Assembly: GCA_963737155.1 (NCBI GenBank)
Contig: CAVTRN010000002.1
Coordinates: forward strand, 352,001 to 416,000
Source of the DNA: Nitrospirota bacterium
GTDB taxonomy: Bacteria > Nitrospirota > UBA9217
Direction: 5' to 3'
Length of the DNA: 64,000 bases
The notes below the pieces were generated by a model that searched no databases, was not told the DNA's origin, and saw nothing but the letters and a program-made list of their open reading frames with translations. Position 1 is the first letter of the stretch, and each line of letters begins with the position of its first letter. Both the position numbers and the translations under genes were made by a program. Of the stretch, positions 30,350-40,676 are shown one piece after another.

Positions 30350-31999
30350 ATGACAACAGGTATCCCGCAACTTACCACACTTTCGGCATGGCAGGCCCTC
30401 GAAGCCCATTTCCCGAAGATCAGGGAATTGCATCTTCGGAAGCTTTTCGCGGACGATCCAAAGCGCGGGGAGCGCATGACAGCTGAGGCCGTCGGTATCT
30501 ACTTTGACTATTCGAAACACCTCATCACCGACGAGACGCTCAGGCTCCTTCTGCAATTGACGGAGGAGTCCGGTCTGCGGGCTCGCATCGATGCCATGTT
30601 CCGGGGCGAGAAGATCAATGTCACGGAGAGGCGGGCCGTCCTGCACGTGGCTCTGCGCGCTCCTAAAGGGCAATCCATCGTTGTGGACGGCGAAGACATA
30701 GTTCCTGAGGTCCACGCCGTGCTCGACAAAATGGCCGACTTCTCCTCCCGGGTGCGCAGTGGGGAGTGGAAGGGCAACACCGGCAAACCGATCCGCAACA
30801 TCATCAATATCGGCATCGGCGGGTCTGATCTGGGGCCGGTGATGGCGTATGAGGCATTGCGGCATTACAGTCGGCGCGACCTGACCCTCCGCTTCGTCTC
30901 CAACATCGACGGCACGGACTTCGCCGAGGCCACCCGCGACCTCGACGCGGAGGAGACACTGTTCATCATCTCATCGAAGACCTTTACGACTTTGGAAACG
31001 ATGACAAACGCGCACACGGCCCGTGACTGGGCCCTCAAGACTTTGAAACATCCCGCTGCTGTTGCCAGGCATTTCGTTGCGGTCTCGACCAACGCCGGGG
31101 AAGTGTCTAAATTCGGCATCGACACCAAAAATATGTTCGAGTTTTGGGATTGGGTCGGTGGGCGGTACTCAATGGACTCGGCGATCGGCCTTTCAACAAT
31201 GATCGCGATTGGCCCCGAAAATTTCCGCGCCATGCTTGACGGTTTTCACCAGATGGACGAGCATTTCCGCACTGCTCCTTTCGAGCGCAACTTGCCGGTG
31301 CTCATGGGGCTTTTGGGCCTCTGGTACAATAACTTCTTTGGTGCGCAGACCATGGCGGTTCTTCCGTATGAGCAGTACTTGAAGCGTTTCCCTGCTTACC
31401 TCCAGCAGTTGACGATGGAGAGCAATGGCAAACACATCACGCTCGAGGGGATAGCGGTTCCCTATCAAACCGGGCCAATCTACTGGGGGGAGCCAGGTAC
31501 CAATGGACAGCATTCCTTCTACCAACTGATTCATCAGGGGACCAAGCTCATCCCCTGTGACTTCATTGGATTTGTTCAGCCGCTTAACCCTCTCGGCCGC
31601 CACCACGACTTGCTCTTGGCCAACGTGTTTGCCCAGGCAGAGGCGCTGGCTTTTGGCAAAACGCCGCAGGAGGTCAGCTCTGAGAGTACACCGGCATGGC
31701 TGGTTCCGCACCGGACCTTCGAGGGCAACCGTCCGTCCAGCACAATCCTCCTGGAACGGTTGACTCCGCTGGCACTGGGGAAGCTCGTCGCATTGTACGA
31801 ACATTGCGTCTTCACCCAAGGCGCCATTTGGGGCATTGACTCATTTGACCAGTGGGGGGTAGAACTGGGGAAGGCGCTTGCCGCGCGCATTATTCCCGAA
31901 CTTGAGGCCGGGCTTACGTCCCAACTCAAGCACGATAGCTCAACCAACACCCTGATCCGGCGTTACAGGAGATCCAAGGAGCTGTTGCAGGAGCAATAA
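30350..31999 (+). CDS. pgi: glucose-6-phosphate isomerase
   Basis: [57 protein letters not shown]; AAGGAG RBS. Confidence 0.98.
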   Translation: MTTGIPQLTTLSAWQALEAHFPKIRELHLRKLFADDPKRGERMTAEAVGIYFDYSKHLITDETLRLLLQLTEESGLRARIDAMFRGEKINVTERRAVLHVALRAPKGQSIVVDGEDIVPEVHAVLDKMADFSSRVRSGEWKGNTGKPIRNIINIGIGGSDLGPVMAYEALRHYSRRDLTLRFVSNIDGTDFAEATRDLDAEETLFIISSKTFTTLETMTNAHTARDWALKTLKHPAAVARHFVAVSTNAGEVSKFGIDTKNMFEFWDWVGGRYSMDSAIGLSTMIAIGPENFRAMLDGFHQMDEHFRTAPFERNLPVLMGLLGLWYNNFFGAQTMAVLPYEQYLKRFPAYLQQLTMESNGKHITLEGIAVPYQTGPIYWGEPGTNGQHSFYQLIHQGTKLIPCDFIGFVQPLNPLGRHHDLLLANVFAQAEALAFGKTPQEVSSESTPAWLVPHRTFEGNRPSSTILLERLTPLALGKLVALYEHCVFTQGAIWGIDSFDQWGVELGKALAARIIPELEAGLTSQLKHDSSTNTLIRRYRRSKELLQEQ

Positions 32000-32627
32000 A
32001 ACCTGTGCCCGGGTGACGGTGACGCACGACCGTATAAGCGCACCGCACGCGGTGACAGGGTTCATCTTTGTCTTCTGTTGCAAATACTACAAAAGTGCAT
32101 TATGAGCGATTTTGAAAGCATTCCGAAACTTATGAGCTACTACAGTTTTGTCATGACCGCAGACGCGCATCCGATGTCCTTAAGGCTCAAAATCTCATGG
32201 CCCGCAATCGTTCCCTTCCAGCAGGCAAAGGTGTTGTGCCTATCCAGTCTCAGGCGGTACTCGACGGCATTGGCACCGTCGCGGAATTTAGGAGATGCCG
32301 CCAAAATCGCTGCCACCTTCTCGCGATCTATGCACCTGGGCGGACTACGAAAAATACATTTTCCGCAAAAAGCCCTACCTGACCACTGCAGGGGTGTTGT
32401 CTCCTAACTCCCGCAGTTTGCGTAGTGGATGTATGCGCTGCCTCTTAATAATTTCGGCCACTCTTTGCAAAGGGCTTATTACGGACATTTCCCTGTCGCC
32501 TCCAACTTTGATCGCCTATGCCTTGAGCACCGCGAGCAGATCCGCATTGCCCAACCCAAGTGCCACTCCTCACTCCACATATCTGAGGCGAAAGCCTGCA
32601 TGGCCCTCGCGGATATCTGGTCGGGTT

Positions 32628-33140
32628 TCAATTGCCTCCACCTCTCGCACTTGCAGCAACCTCTAGCAGAGCCTCAATTTTAGAATCCAGATCGCGAGCT
32701 ACTTTCAGTGCTTCGGAGTTTCCGTACGGAGCAAGAGAACTTGCTATCCTGTCATAAGAGAGGTGAACTCCATCTTGACGCTCATCGATCAGAATCGTCA
32801 CTGGTGCGTACGAGCCAGCATCTGGCACGCGCTCAACCATCTGGCTCATGATAAGCGGGTTTCCCAGGATGAGACGCAGACTCTGTTGTGTCTCCGGTCC
32901 ATTTCGCTTGCACAGGACTTCGCCGAGGTCAAAACGTATGAACTCCATCAATTCGGACGGTCCAATTGCTGCATGAACGATCTTTTCCAGTTCGTCGTAC
33001 GTTTTTGCGTCGGCGACATTCTCTCGAAACGCCTTTATGTCAGGATGGCCCACAGCCATATCGAAAACTCTTACCACATCTTGAAATGACTTGGAAGAAG
33101 TCACGCTGAATCGCTCTACATTGACTTGCTTAATTGTCAT
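32628..33140 (-). CDS. DUF302 domain protein
   Basis: LILGNPLIMSQM, DAGSYAPVTILIDE, ARDLDSKIE. Confidence 0.85.
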   Translation of the reverse strand: MTIKQVNVERFSVTSSKSFQDVVRVFDMAVGHPDIKAFRENVADAKTYDELEKIVHAAIGPSELMEFIRFDLGEVLCKRNGPETQQSLRLILGNPLIMSQMVERVPDAGSYAPVTILIDERQDGVHLSYDRIASSLAPYGNSEALKVARDLDSKIEALLEVAASARGGGN

Positions 33141-33234
33141 GCTCCGTATCCTCTCGTATTTATTGGCGACCCGGGACGCAACGCAAAGTACCAACACTTT
33201 CCCTCTGAAGTAACAAGCGGAGTTGGTACGGCAA

Positions 33235-34101
33235 CTAGGCAGCGAACTTCCGCCGGGTCTCTGCCTTCTTCTCTCTGAGAAAGCCCAAAAGCTCGCGGTT
33301 GACTTCCTCGGCGTGCGTCCAGATGAGGCCGTGCGGTCCGCCCTTCACCACCACCAGCCGACTTCCCTTGACTAACTCAGATGTGCGCTTTCCAGTTGCT
33401 GTGAAAGGAAGTATCCGGTCATTGTCACCGTGAATGACCAGCGTGGGCACGTCGATGCGTTTAAGGTCCTCCCGGAAGTCGGTTAACCACGCCTGCACGC
33501 AGTCCAGCGTGCCGATTGGAGAGGCCCCGGCTGCGACATTCCAACTGAGCCGGACGATCTCGTCGCTGATCTTTTTCCCTCTGAGGATGTCAACGTTGTA
33601 GAAGTTTGAGAGAAATGCCGAGATGAATGCTGGACGATCTGCGGCTATGGCGCTCTTGATCCCGTCGAAGATACTTCCGTCCACGCCTTCAGGGTTGTCG
33701 GGTGTCTTCAGAAGGAATGGCGGAATCGCAGACATAAAGACCGCCTTGCTTACGCGGTTGGTTCCGTAAGTGCCGATATAGCGGGCAACTTCACCGCCTC
33801 CCATCGAAAAGCCTACCAATGAAGCATCGAGAATGTTAAGCTTTATCAGCAGTTTGTCTAAGTCCGCTGCGAAGGTATCGTAGTCATAGCCCGACGTCGG
33901 CTTGCTCGAGCTTCCAAACCCTCTCCGGTCGTAGATTATGACCCGGTAGCCGGCATTCAGCAAAACCGGCACCTGTTTCTCCCAAGAGCCGCTGCTCAAC
34001 GGCCAACCGTGGATCAGCACGACCGCCTTACCAGAACCGTGGTCCTCGTAATAGAGGTCGATGTCTGTTGAGTTCTCTTTTCCGACATTGATGTAATTCA
34101 T
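33235..34101 (-). CDS. cpo: non-heme chloro/bromoperoxidase-like alpha/beta hydrolase (perhydrolase)
   Basis: LYYEDHGSG, IHGWPLS, YDRRGFG, GFSMGGGE, HGDNDRILP, GGPHG. Confidence 0.92.
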   Translation of the reverse strand: MNYINVGKENSTDIDLYYEDHGSGKAVVLIHGWPLSSGSWEKQVPVLLNAGYRVIIYDRRGFGSSSKPTSGYDYDTFAADLDKLLIKLNILDASLVGFSMGGGEVARYIGTYGTNRVSKAVFMSAIPPFLLKTPDNPEGVDGSIFDGIKSAIAADRPAFISAFLSNFYNVDILRGKKISDEIVRLSWNVAAGASPIGTLDCVQAWLTDFREDLKRIDVPTLVIHGDNDRILPFTATGKRTSELVKGSRLVVVKGGPHGLIWTHAEEVNRELLGFLREKKAETRRKFAA

Positions 34102-34488
34102 AGGAAGTCTCCTTTCCTCTGTTCTCTCCACGATGAAATTGAGGCACTTTCCTTCTGATGGGGGCATGAGGCATCAAAAAAAGGAACCCTCACCCTTCGC
34201 AAAATGAGGCATAAAAAACACTCTTTCCCCGGGATCATTCAAAAGCCGTGGATAGAACACGTTTATGGTCTTCATTTCTCGATCCATGATACATATTTTA
34301 TTTAAGAATAAGAAAAGACCACTACTATAAAAAAAGCGCAATTTGAGACTAATGTCAATTCGATGAAAGTATTAATCTCGGGTCCGGAAAGATTGGGCGG
34401 CTAGGATAAAAGAGAGCTGTGAGGTAAGGGCACTTTATTTCTGCGGGGAAAGATTAGGATCAAACCGGTAGCTTAGGGTCTAGAACCC

Positions 34489-36393
34489 TCACCAGGGATA
34501 TGGGTAACCCTTCGCAAGTACCTTCTCCAGGGCGGCGTCGTGCCCGTAGATGTCATCGTAGAAGTGAACCACTCCATCATCCAGCACCATAACTGTTGCA
34601 TAGAAGATCAAGACCGGAATCGGATGCGCGAGATTCACCTGCTGGGTCGTTGTGCCGTTCATCACCGCGCGAATTTGTTCCGGGGTCCAACCAGGATTGT
34701 CGCGCAGGACCCACGCAGCCAGATCGGCGGGCCTCTCCAGCCTGATGCAGCCGTGACTGAAATCTCGCCGGGACTTCGCGAAGAATTCTATAGTCGGAGT
34801 GTCGTGCATGTATACGCTGTAGCTGTTTGGAAAGACAAATTTCACGAGTCCAAGGGCGTTCTTTGGACCCGGCTTTTGCCGGATGAAAAGTTTCCCGGCC
34901 CGGAGTTGGCCGAGCAATTCGTTCGTGACCGTCCCCACCGATACGACGTTCTGCCTGCTGTCCACAATCTCCAATCCTTTCTTTGCCAAGTAATCGGGAT
35001 CGCGAGCAATGTTTGGAATCATCTCATCTTTGGTTATAGAATAAGGCACCTCCCAATATGGGCGGAAAACGACGTACTGCATGGTGTCGTTAAAAACCGG
35101 GGTATCATGGTCGTACGCTTTGCCTACCACTACTTTCATCGTTACACCGATATCGAGGTTTCCGTCATAGGCGCGGAGACGAAACTCTGGGATATTGACA
35201 ACGATGGGCGCTTTATGATAGGTCTCCGGCAACCACCGCCATCGCTCAAGTGTTAGTTGCATTTGTCGAACTCGTCGGCTCAGAGGAACGTTCAAGTCAG
35301 CCAGGGTTTGAAAGTCAATTCGTCCGTTCGGAGTTCGGCCATGGCGGCTCTGAAAACTCTTTACAGCGTCCACCAGAGCACCTGCGTAAACGGTTTGATC
35401 AGCCGGCACATTGGCATCAGCGGGAAGGTCCCCGACCAAGCGGAGCAGTCGCGTGAGCCGTGCGATGCCGGGATAGGAATCGCCAGGTACAACCGTTTTT
35501 TTTGCGAGCGGGAGCTGTTCCCCATCATCTTTTTTCTCAAGCTCGAGATACGTTTGCAGGGCTTGAATCGTGCGCCGGTAACCGAGATAGGGCGGCTCCA
35601 CTTGAGCCAAGAGACCAGCAATGTCACCCCCATCGACAACGTGGTTTTTTAGAAATTCGGCCAAATCGTATTTTTTGGACTCATCGTCGTAAGCGAAGGC
35701 GAATTGCCTCGGATTTACCTTGCCAATGTGGAGGTCGGAGATATACCTCATAACGCAAACCGTGAGGGCGAGATCGAATTTCACGGCATCCGACTCGGTC
35801 GGCTGCCGTGTCGCAGGTTTGAGTTTTGCCAACCGATCGTTCCACCGAGATCCATCGTAATCTTCCGCGGAAAGCCCCTTTTGGTCAGCCTTGAGCAACA
35901 GCGCGATTATCTGTCGCGCCTGTGCGGTCGGCTCCATTCCCTTGACCCACCACAATGAATCACCGTTGAATTCGTAGAATTTCTTCACGTCCTTGCTGTG
36001 ATCGCTGAAATCTGGCCAACGCATATCGGAGAAACTACCACGGCTAATGGTGGCGCCCAGCCAGGCTTGATCTTCGGAACTAAGCTTCAGCAGACTCGCA
36101 CTTGCAGTAAAGGAAGTTGTAAGCTTAGTCTCAGGAGACCTCGCTGAGCCGCATCCCGATCCGCAAAACAGTGCGATCAACAGCAGGGGTGCTGAAAGAC
36201 GAGCGCCCCACCCCAAAATCGTTAGTTGTTTCCCTTGAAGAACCTTTGCCTGGTCGCTATTGGGTTCCGTAGAGGGAACAGGCTCTTGCGCATTCATTTG
36301 AGGCTGCTCCACCTCCAGTTCCAGATATCCGGACTGTCTTTGCTGTGCTTGTCTATGCACTTCTTGTGATCGTTCACTCCACATATCTACCAT
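34489..36393 (-). CDS. L,D-transpeptidase, YcbB/LdtD type, with scaffold and PG-binding domains
   Basis: LERWRWLP, VNIPEFRL, NALGLVKFVFPN, YMHDTP, SHGCIRL, DDIYGHD; true start may be downstream of 36393. Confidence 0.92.
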   Translation of the reverse strand: MVDMWSERSQEVHRQAQQRQSGYLELEVEQPQMNAQEPVPSTEPNSDQAKVLQGKQLTILGWGARLSAPLLLIALFCGSGCGSARSPETKLTTSFTASASLLKLSSEDQAWLGATISRGSFSDMRWPDFSDHSKDVKKFYEFNGDSLWWVKGMEPTAQARQIIALLLKADQKGLSAEDYDGSRWNDRLAKLKPATRQPTESDAVKFDLALTVCVMRYISDLHIGKVNPRQFAFAYDDESKKYDLAEFLKNHVVDGGDIAGLLAQVEPPYLGYRRTIQALQTYLELEKKDDGEQLPLAKKTVVPGDSYPGIARLTRLLRLVGDLPADANVPADQTVYAGALVDAVKSFQSRHGRTPNGRIDFQTLADLNVPLSRRVRQMQLTLERWRWLPETYHKAPIVVNIPEFRLRAYDGNLDIGVTMKVVVGKAYDHDTPVFNDTMQYVVFRPYWEVPYSITKDEMIPNIARDPDYLAKKGLEIVDSRQNVVSVGTVTNELLGQLRAGKLFIRQKPGPKNALGLVKFVFPNSYSVYMHDTPTIEFFAKSRRDFSHGCIRLERPADLAAWVLRDNPGWTPEQIRAVMNGTTTQQVNLAHPIPVLIFYATVMVLDDGVVHFYDDIYGHDAALEKVLAKGYPYPW

Positions 36394-36889
36394 ATGAGAT
36401 TACTCTCCAATTCATTCTGTGATCCTATTTCATCGACTTCACTGTTTCCCGAATCCCTTGACTGCATGAAGCTGTCTTGACGTTGATTAGTCTATCAAAT
36501 TCACTATTGCAAATAGATAACCTGAATCATTTTGATAAAATATCCCCGGTCTCTTTAGGACAATGCTATTAAAAAAGTCCAACCATTTGAACCATCCAGC
36601 TAGCTTACCGTAAGCAAGGAATGTGCTTTAGCACGTCAACTTCCGATCTATTAAAGTTTATTTAGTGGAATAAATCTTATAACGGAAAGGAAAAATCGTC
36701 GTGCTTAATTATAATTATAACAAGCTGTATGAGATACGTCAAAAGATAAAGATGACAACGTTGATTGTCGGGATATACATAGGGGATGATTTTAATGCGG
36801 TTGGGTTCATGAACAATGACGGGAATGTCCTGGGCCGCCTTCCAAAGCGCCGCATCTGCGATATGACGTGTTAGCACCGGCGAGTGAAC

Positions 36890-37355
36890 TCGCTTCTCTC
36901 TTGGAAAGCGGTAGGGTCGTGTGTCGAACCCAGCGCCAAGGATCACGAGCTGATCGATTCCGACGAGAAAGCGGTCCACCGCACCATCAAAGAAAGCTAC
37001 ACGGGCTGATCTCGTATAGAGCCGGGATATCGCCTTCAAACGGATACCGGAAGACCTTGGGCACGTAGCCGGTCACGCGGTGTGCGAACAGCGTGGGGAA
37101 GCTGGTGAGGCGGCTGGCCACGGGTGGGACACCGGGAAGCAGAGGCTTGAGCCTGTTGGCTGCCTCATCCTGCCTGGTTCCGAGGTTGTGCATTGCCCAG
37201 CGCGCGGAGAGGGGACCCTGCGCCGTGGCAGAAACACCCGAAGGATTCCCGGTGAGAAACCACTTGCCTACCCATATTACGTAGCCTGTCAGGGAGACTG
37301 GGAAGAGGAAGATGCTGATAGCGTAGAAGACGAAAGCGGCAACGGGCTTGGGCAT
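36890..37355 (-). pseudogene. LCM/TIGR00027-like SAM-dependent methyltransferase, frameshifted and truncated
   Basis: N-part GVSATAQGPLSARW is frameshifted near 37000 into ARVAFFD...QLVILGAGFDTRPYR; C-terminus is absent. Confidence 0.8.
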
Positions 37356-37814
37356 GCCGGCCTCCTGCACTCACTCATGGAGCTAGCCAATGATTAAGCG
37401 CCACACACATCTTTAAATATCTTTGTGTTACCTGATGTCGTACAACTTTCTCTTTCATTATGAATGGTGTGCGATTCTATTCCTGATTCTCTGCGATGTC
37501 GACAATACCGGTGTATTATTAGGGGCAACCATACAGAATGAAAATTGATGTTGTGCCAAGGGTTGGTAACTCCGATAGTACAGGAAGCAATTCTCGCTGC
37601 ATAACTATATCACAAGTCGATATTTCAAACATCACTTTTCTACATAGCCAGGTCGTTGTGTTTTGCGCCCGGGCGTGACGGAACTGTTTAACCACTCACC
37701 GACCTTCCCTGCTGTAACCTTGTATCCAAAGAAGTAGCACTATATTGAGTGTCATTTTAGGTCCGATTGTTGACACCTGCACTACCCAGTGCTATCGTTC
37801 AAATAGAGAATAGT

Positions 37815-39209
37815 TGATAACGTTCAGGACATCGTTCATAGAAATAATGGTCACGACATCGTTCAATCGCAACTCTGAAACTGTCTGGTAGTGCGATGCC
37901 GTGACCTCATCACCGGTCATCGTAATAGATATTTGTACTCTTCAACCTGGATTGTATCCAGGAACAGCTTTAGCTTTTGTTCTTTGACATCGATAGTAGC
38001 CACAACGTATTCATACTGGGTCTCTGGTGGAGCGGAGAACATTTCACCGAAGATGTTCAGTCGGCAGTCACTCCGGATGAATCTGACGAGATGATAACGG
38101 CCTTCCTCCGGTTTTTCTAAGGGGTGCCTTGGAGCATTGCTTTTACTCGGGAAGATCAATTTCTTCTCCATAGCGGCCAACGCCTTGAGCGGGGTTTTCC
38201 CTTTCATCTTGCTGTAGCGGTAAGTACTATTGTGCCTGTGCTCGAATGCCAGGGATTCCTGTCGGAGCTGCGGCATTGATGACATGGTGACCCTGCCGAG
38301 AAACTTCTGCTGGTAATGGTCGTTGAACTTCTCGACGACACCGTTCCACCATGGCTCGGAAGGTGGAATGAACCAGAGCTTGATCCCGTAGTGCAGGCAG
38401 AGACGGATAAGCGGTCCCATGCCTCTTGGGTAAATTGGACTACCGAAGAAGGCCATTTCGTTATCCACTTGAAGATTCTCAGGGATACCCATACGCAGCC
38501 AGATCGCATAAACAGCGTCCAAAACGCTTTGCGCTGCACGGGACGATATTGGCTCTATCCCGCACCGATTGATTGCTGTATCGACGGCATGCAGGCTATA
38601 GAACTTGATGGGACCACTAAGATAACAAGGGCCGACCATATCAACCTGATGGGTCTGGTTGGGCAAGAGCGCCGGAAGCTCAGGGTATTTTTTGCCCTTC
38701 GGTTTATATCTTCCGGTCCGCCGATGGGTCAATTCACGGCGGCGTAAGATACGGCCAATGGTGGTGAGGGATGGTATAGGCTGGACCTCCATGTCACTCA
38801 TTTCCCATTGGATGGCCTGATTGCCGCAGAAGAGCCCCTTGTTGTAAAGGTTTAGCCGTACTAGCTCCACGATCTTTTCGATCTCTGCTGGGGTTCGGTT
38901 GGGACTGGCAAGCGGTCGCCGAGATTGGTCGTTGCACCACGATGGATCATCCGAGGTATGCCGTGCTAGCCATTTGTACAGCCACCGAGTCGTTTTGCCC
39001 AGTGACTTGCAGATACTCTCCGGATTTTCTCCGGCAAGATATCGCTGTACTGCTAATACTCGTTGTTTTAGAATCTTCTTTTTCATGAACACCCCCTTAA
39101 AGGATTAGGTGTCCATGATAAAGCAAATTGTAGCTACTCGATTGTCAAAGAGCGTTTGTGAACGATGTCCTGAATGCTAATTTAGTGAACGATGTCCTGA
39201 ACGTTGTCA
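37815..39209 (-). mobile_element. intact IS481-like insertion sequence, 1395 bp
   Basis: 24-bp TIRs TGA(T/C)AACGTTCAGGACATCGTTCA with internal repeats of GACATCGTTCA; 6-bp direct repeat AATAGT at 37809-37814 and 39210-39215. Confidence 0.93.
37917..39092 (-). CDS. DDE (rve/integrase-core) transposase
   Basis: HTH with WLYKWLAR; HQVD, QVDNEMAF, NGVVEKFN catalytic motifs. Confidence 0.93.
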   Translation of the reverse strand: MFMKKKILKQRVLAVQRYLAGENPESICKSLGKTTRWLYKWLARHTSDDPSWCNDQSRRPLASPNRTPAEIEKIVELVRLNLYNKGLFCGNQAIQWEMSDMEVQPIPSLTTIGRILRRRELTHRRTGRYKPKGKKYPELPALLPNQTHQVDMVGPCYLSGPIKFYSLHAVDTAINRCGIEPISSRAAQSVLDAVYAIWLRMGIPENLQVDNEMAFFGSPIYPRGMGPLIRLCLHYGIKLWFIPPSEPWWNGVVEKFNDHYQQKFLGRVTMSSMPQLRQESLAFEHRHNSTYRYSKMKGKTPLKALAAMEKKLIFPSKSNAPRHPLEKPEEGRYHLVRFIRSDCRLNIFGEMFSAPPETQYEYVVATIDVKEQKLKLFLDTIQVEEYKYLLR

Positions 39210-39358
39210 AATAGTAATTATCATTTATCTCATGCAGTGGAACGTACAATATCAATCTGACCCTCATCCAGAATAGATTCCAAAAGGGTTGGCGGCATAT
39301 TTATGTAGAATTTGCCGACGAAGGAGATAGAAAATCATCATCAAAAAGGGGAAATAAT

Positions 39359-40267
39359 ATGCCAAAAGATAAATCCATGCAAAAAATCTCACCACATTTA
39401 TGGTTTGACAAGGAGGCTAAGGAGGCGGCACAGTTCTACACCTCGGTCTTCCCTGATTCAAAAATAACAAACATAACGACGCTGCACGACACCCCGTCGG
39501 GCGATTGCGATGTTGTTTCTTTCAAGCTTTCGGGGCAGTCATTCATGGCCATAAGTGCCGGCCCGTTTTTCAGATTCACTCCGGCCGTTTCATTTCTCGT
39601 CGCTTGCAAGACGAAGGACGAAGTCGGGTCATTATGGACGAAGCTCTCCGAAGGAGGTTCGGCGCTCATGGAGCTTGGAGCTTATCCCTTCAGCGAAAAG
39701 TATGGATGGTTACAGGACAAGTATAGCCTTTCGTGGCAGGTGATGTTCATGGGCGACCGTAAAATAAAGCAGAAAATTACCCCGACCCTTATGTTTGTCG
39801 GCGATGTGTGCGGCAAAGCGGAAGAGGCAATCAATTTTTACGCCTCGGTGTTTAAAGATGCAAAAGTTCACAACGTCTTCCGCTATGGCAAAGGTGAGGA
39901 ACACGACAAAGAAGGAACAATAAAGCATGGCGTTTTCACGCTTGAAGGGCAGGATTTTGCAGCAATGGACAGCGCTCGTAAACACAACTTTACTTTCAAT
40001 GAAGCGATTTCGCTCATGGTGCGCTGCGATACCCAGAAAGATTTAGATTACTACTGGGGAAAGCTCTCCGCAGTTCCTGAGGCCGAACAGTGCGGATGGC
40101 TCAAGGACAAGTACGGGGTCTCTTGGCAGATTGTTCCCACAGCAATGGATGAGATGATGCGCAAGGGCACGCGCGAGCAGATTGATCGCGTAACGCAGGC
40201 GTTCTTGCCGATGAAAAAGTTCGACATAGCAAGGCTAAAACAGGCATACGAAGGCATAAAATTATGA
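39359..40267 (+). CDS. tandem-domain VOC/PhnB (3-demethylubiquinone-9 3-methyltransferase-like) protein
   Basis: KISPHLWFD, YGWLQDKYSLSWQV, CGWLKDKYGVSWQIVP. Confidence 0.92.
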   Translation: MPKDKSMQKISPHLWFDKEAKEAAQFYTSVFPDSKITNITTLHDTPSGDCDVVSFKLSGQSFMAISAGPFFRFTPAVSFLVACKTKDEVGSLWTKLSEGGSALMELGAYPFSEKYGWLQDKYSLSWQVMFMGDRKIKQKITPTLMFVGDVCGKAEEAINFYASVFKDAKVHNVFRYGKGEEHDKEGTIKHGVFTLEGQDFAAMDSARKHNFTFNEAISLMVRCDTQKDLDYYWGKLSAVPEAEQCGWLKDKYGVSWQIVPTAMDEMMRKGTREQIDRVTQAFLPMKKFDIARLKQAYEGIKL

Positions 40268-40350
40268 GCAAAAAAGACATAGCCGAATCATTCCTGAAAC
40301 TTGCCTCCTCCGGCAAGGTGCGCGAGGCATATGCTAAATATGTAAGGTGA
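40264..40350 (+). pseudogene. truncated SnoaL/NTF2-like gene start
   Basis: ATGA-coupled to the VOC gene; MSKKDIAESFLKLASSGKVREAYAKYV then stop. Confidence 0.55.
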
Positions 40351-40676
40351 GTGTAGGCAAGTGATTGCCCAGTGCCTGCCCGTCTGCGACCCACCATGGA
40401 TGTAGAAGAAAGGAAAACGGGTAGTTATTGATAGAAAAATACAAGTCGAAAATCACATCGTTTTGCAAAAAAAGGAAACTCCACGAATATAGGAAGGACT
40501 TGCTGACAGAAAACGTTCTGACGAATGCAATGATACAAAATGAATCCTTCACGTTTACTAATATTATATGAAACTTGACTTAACCACAATTGTGTAGCTC
40601 TCATTGCTTAAAACATCAAAATATTTAGGGTTAAATGTTTCACGTACGAAATGAGTGGAAGAAGGGCGATTACTCC

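Noticed and set aside
32078-32683. Several overlapping ORFs between pgi and DUF302
   Set aside because: Mutually overlapping with no recognisable family; possibly a decayed minus-strand gene I could not identify
37815-37866. CRISPR-like repeats GACATCGTTCA (also 39158-39209 and 27431-27482)
   Set aside because: Only two copies per site, inverted between sites, flanking a transposase: these are IS ends, and no cas genes are present
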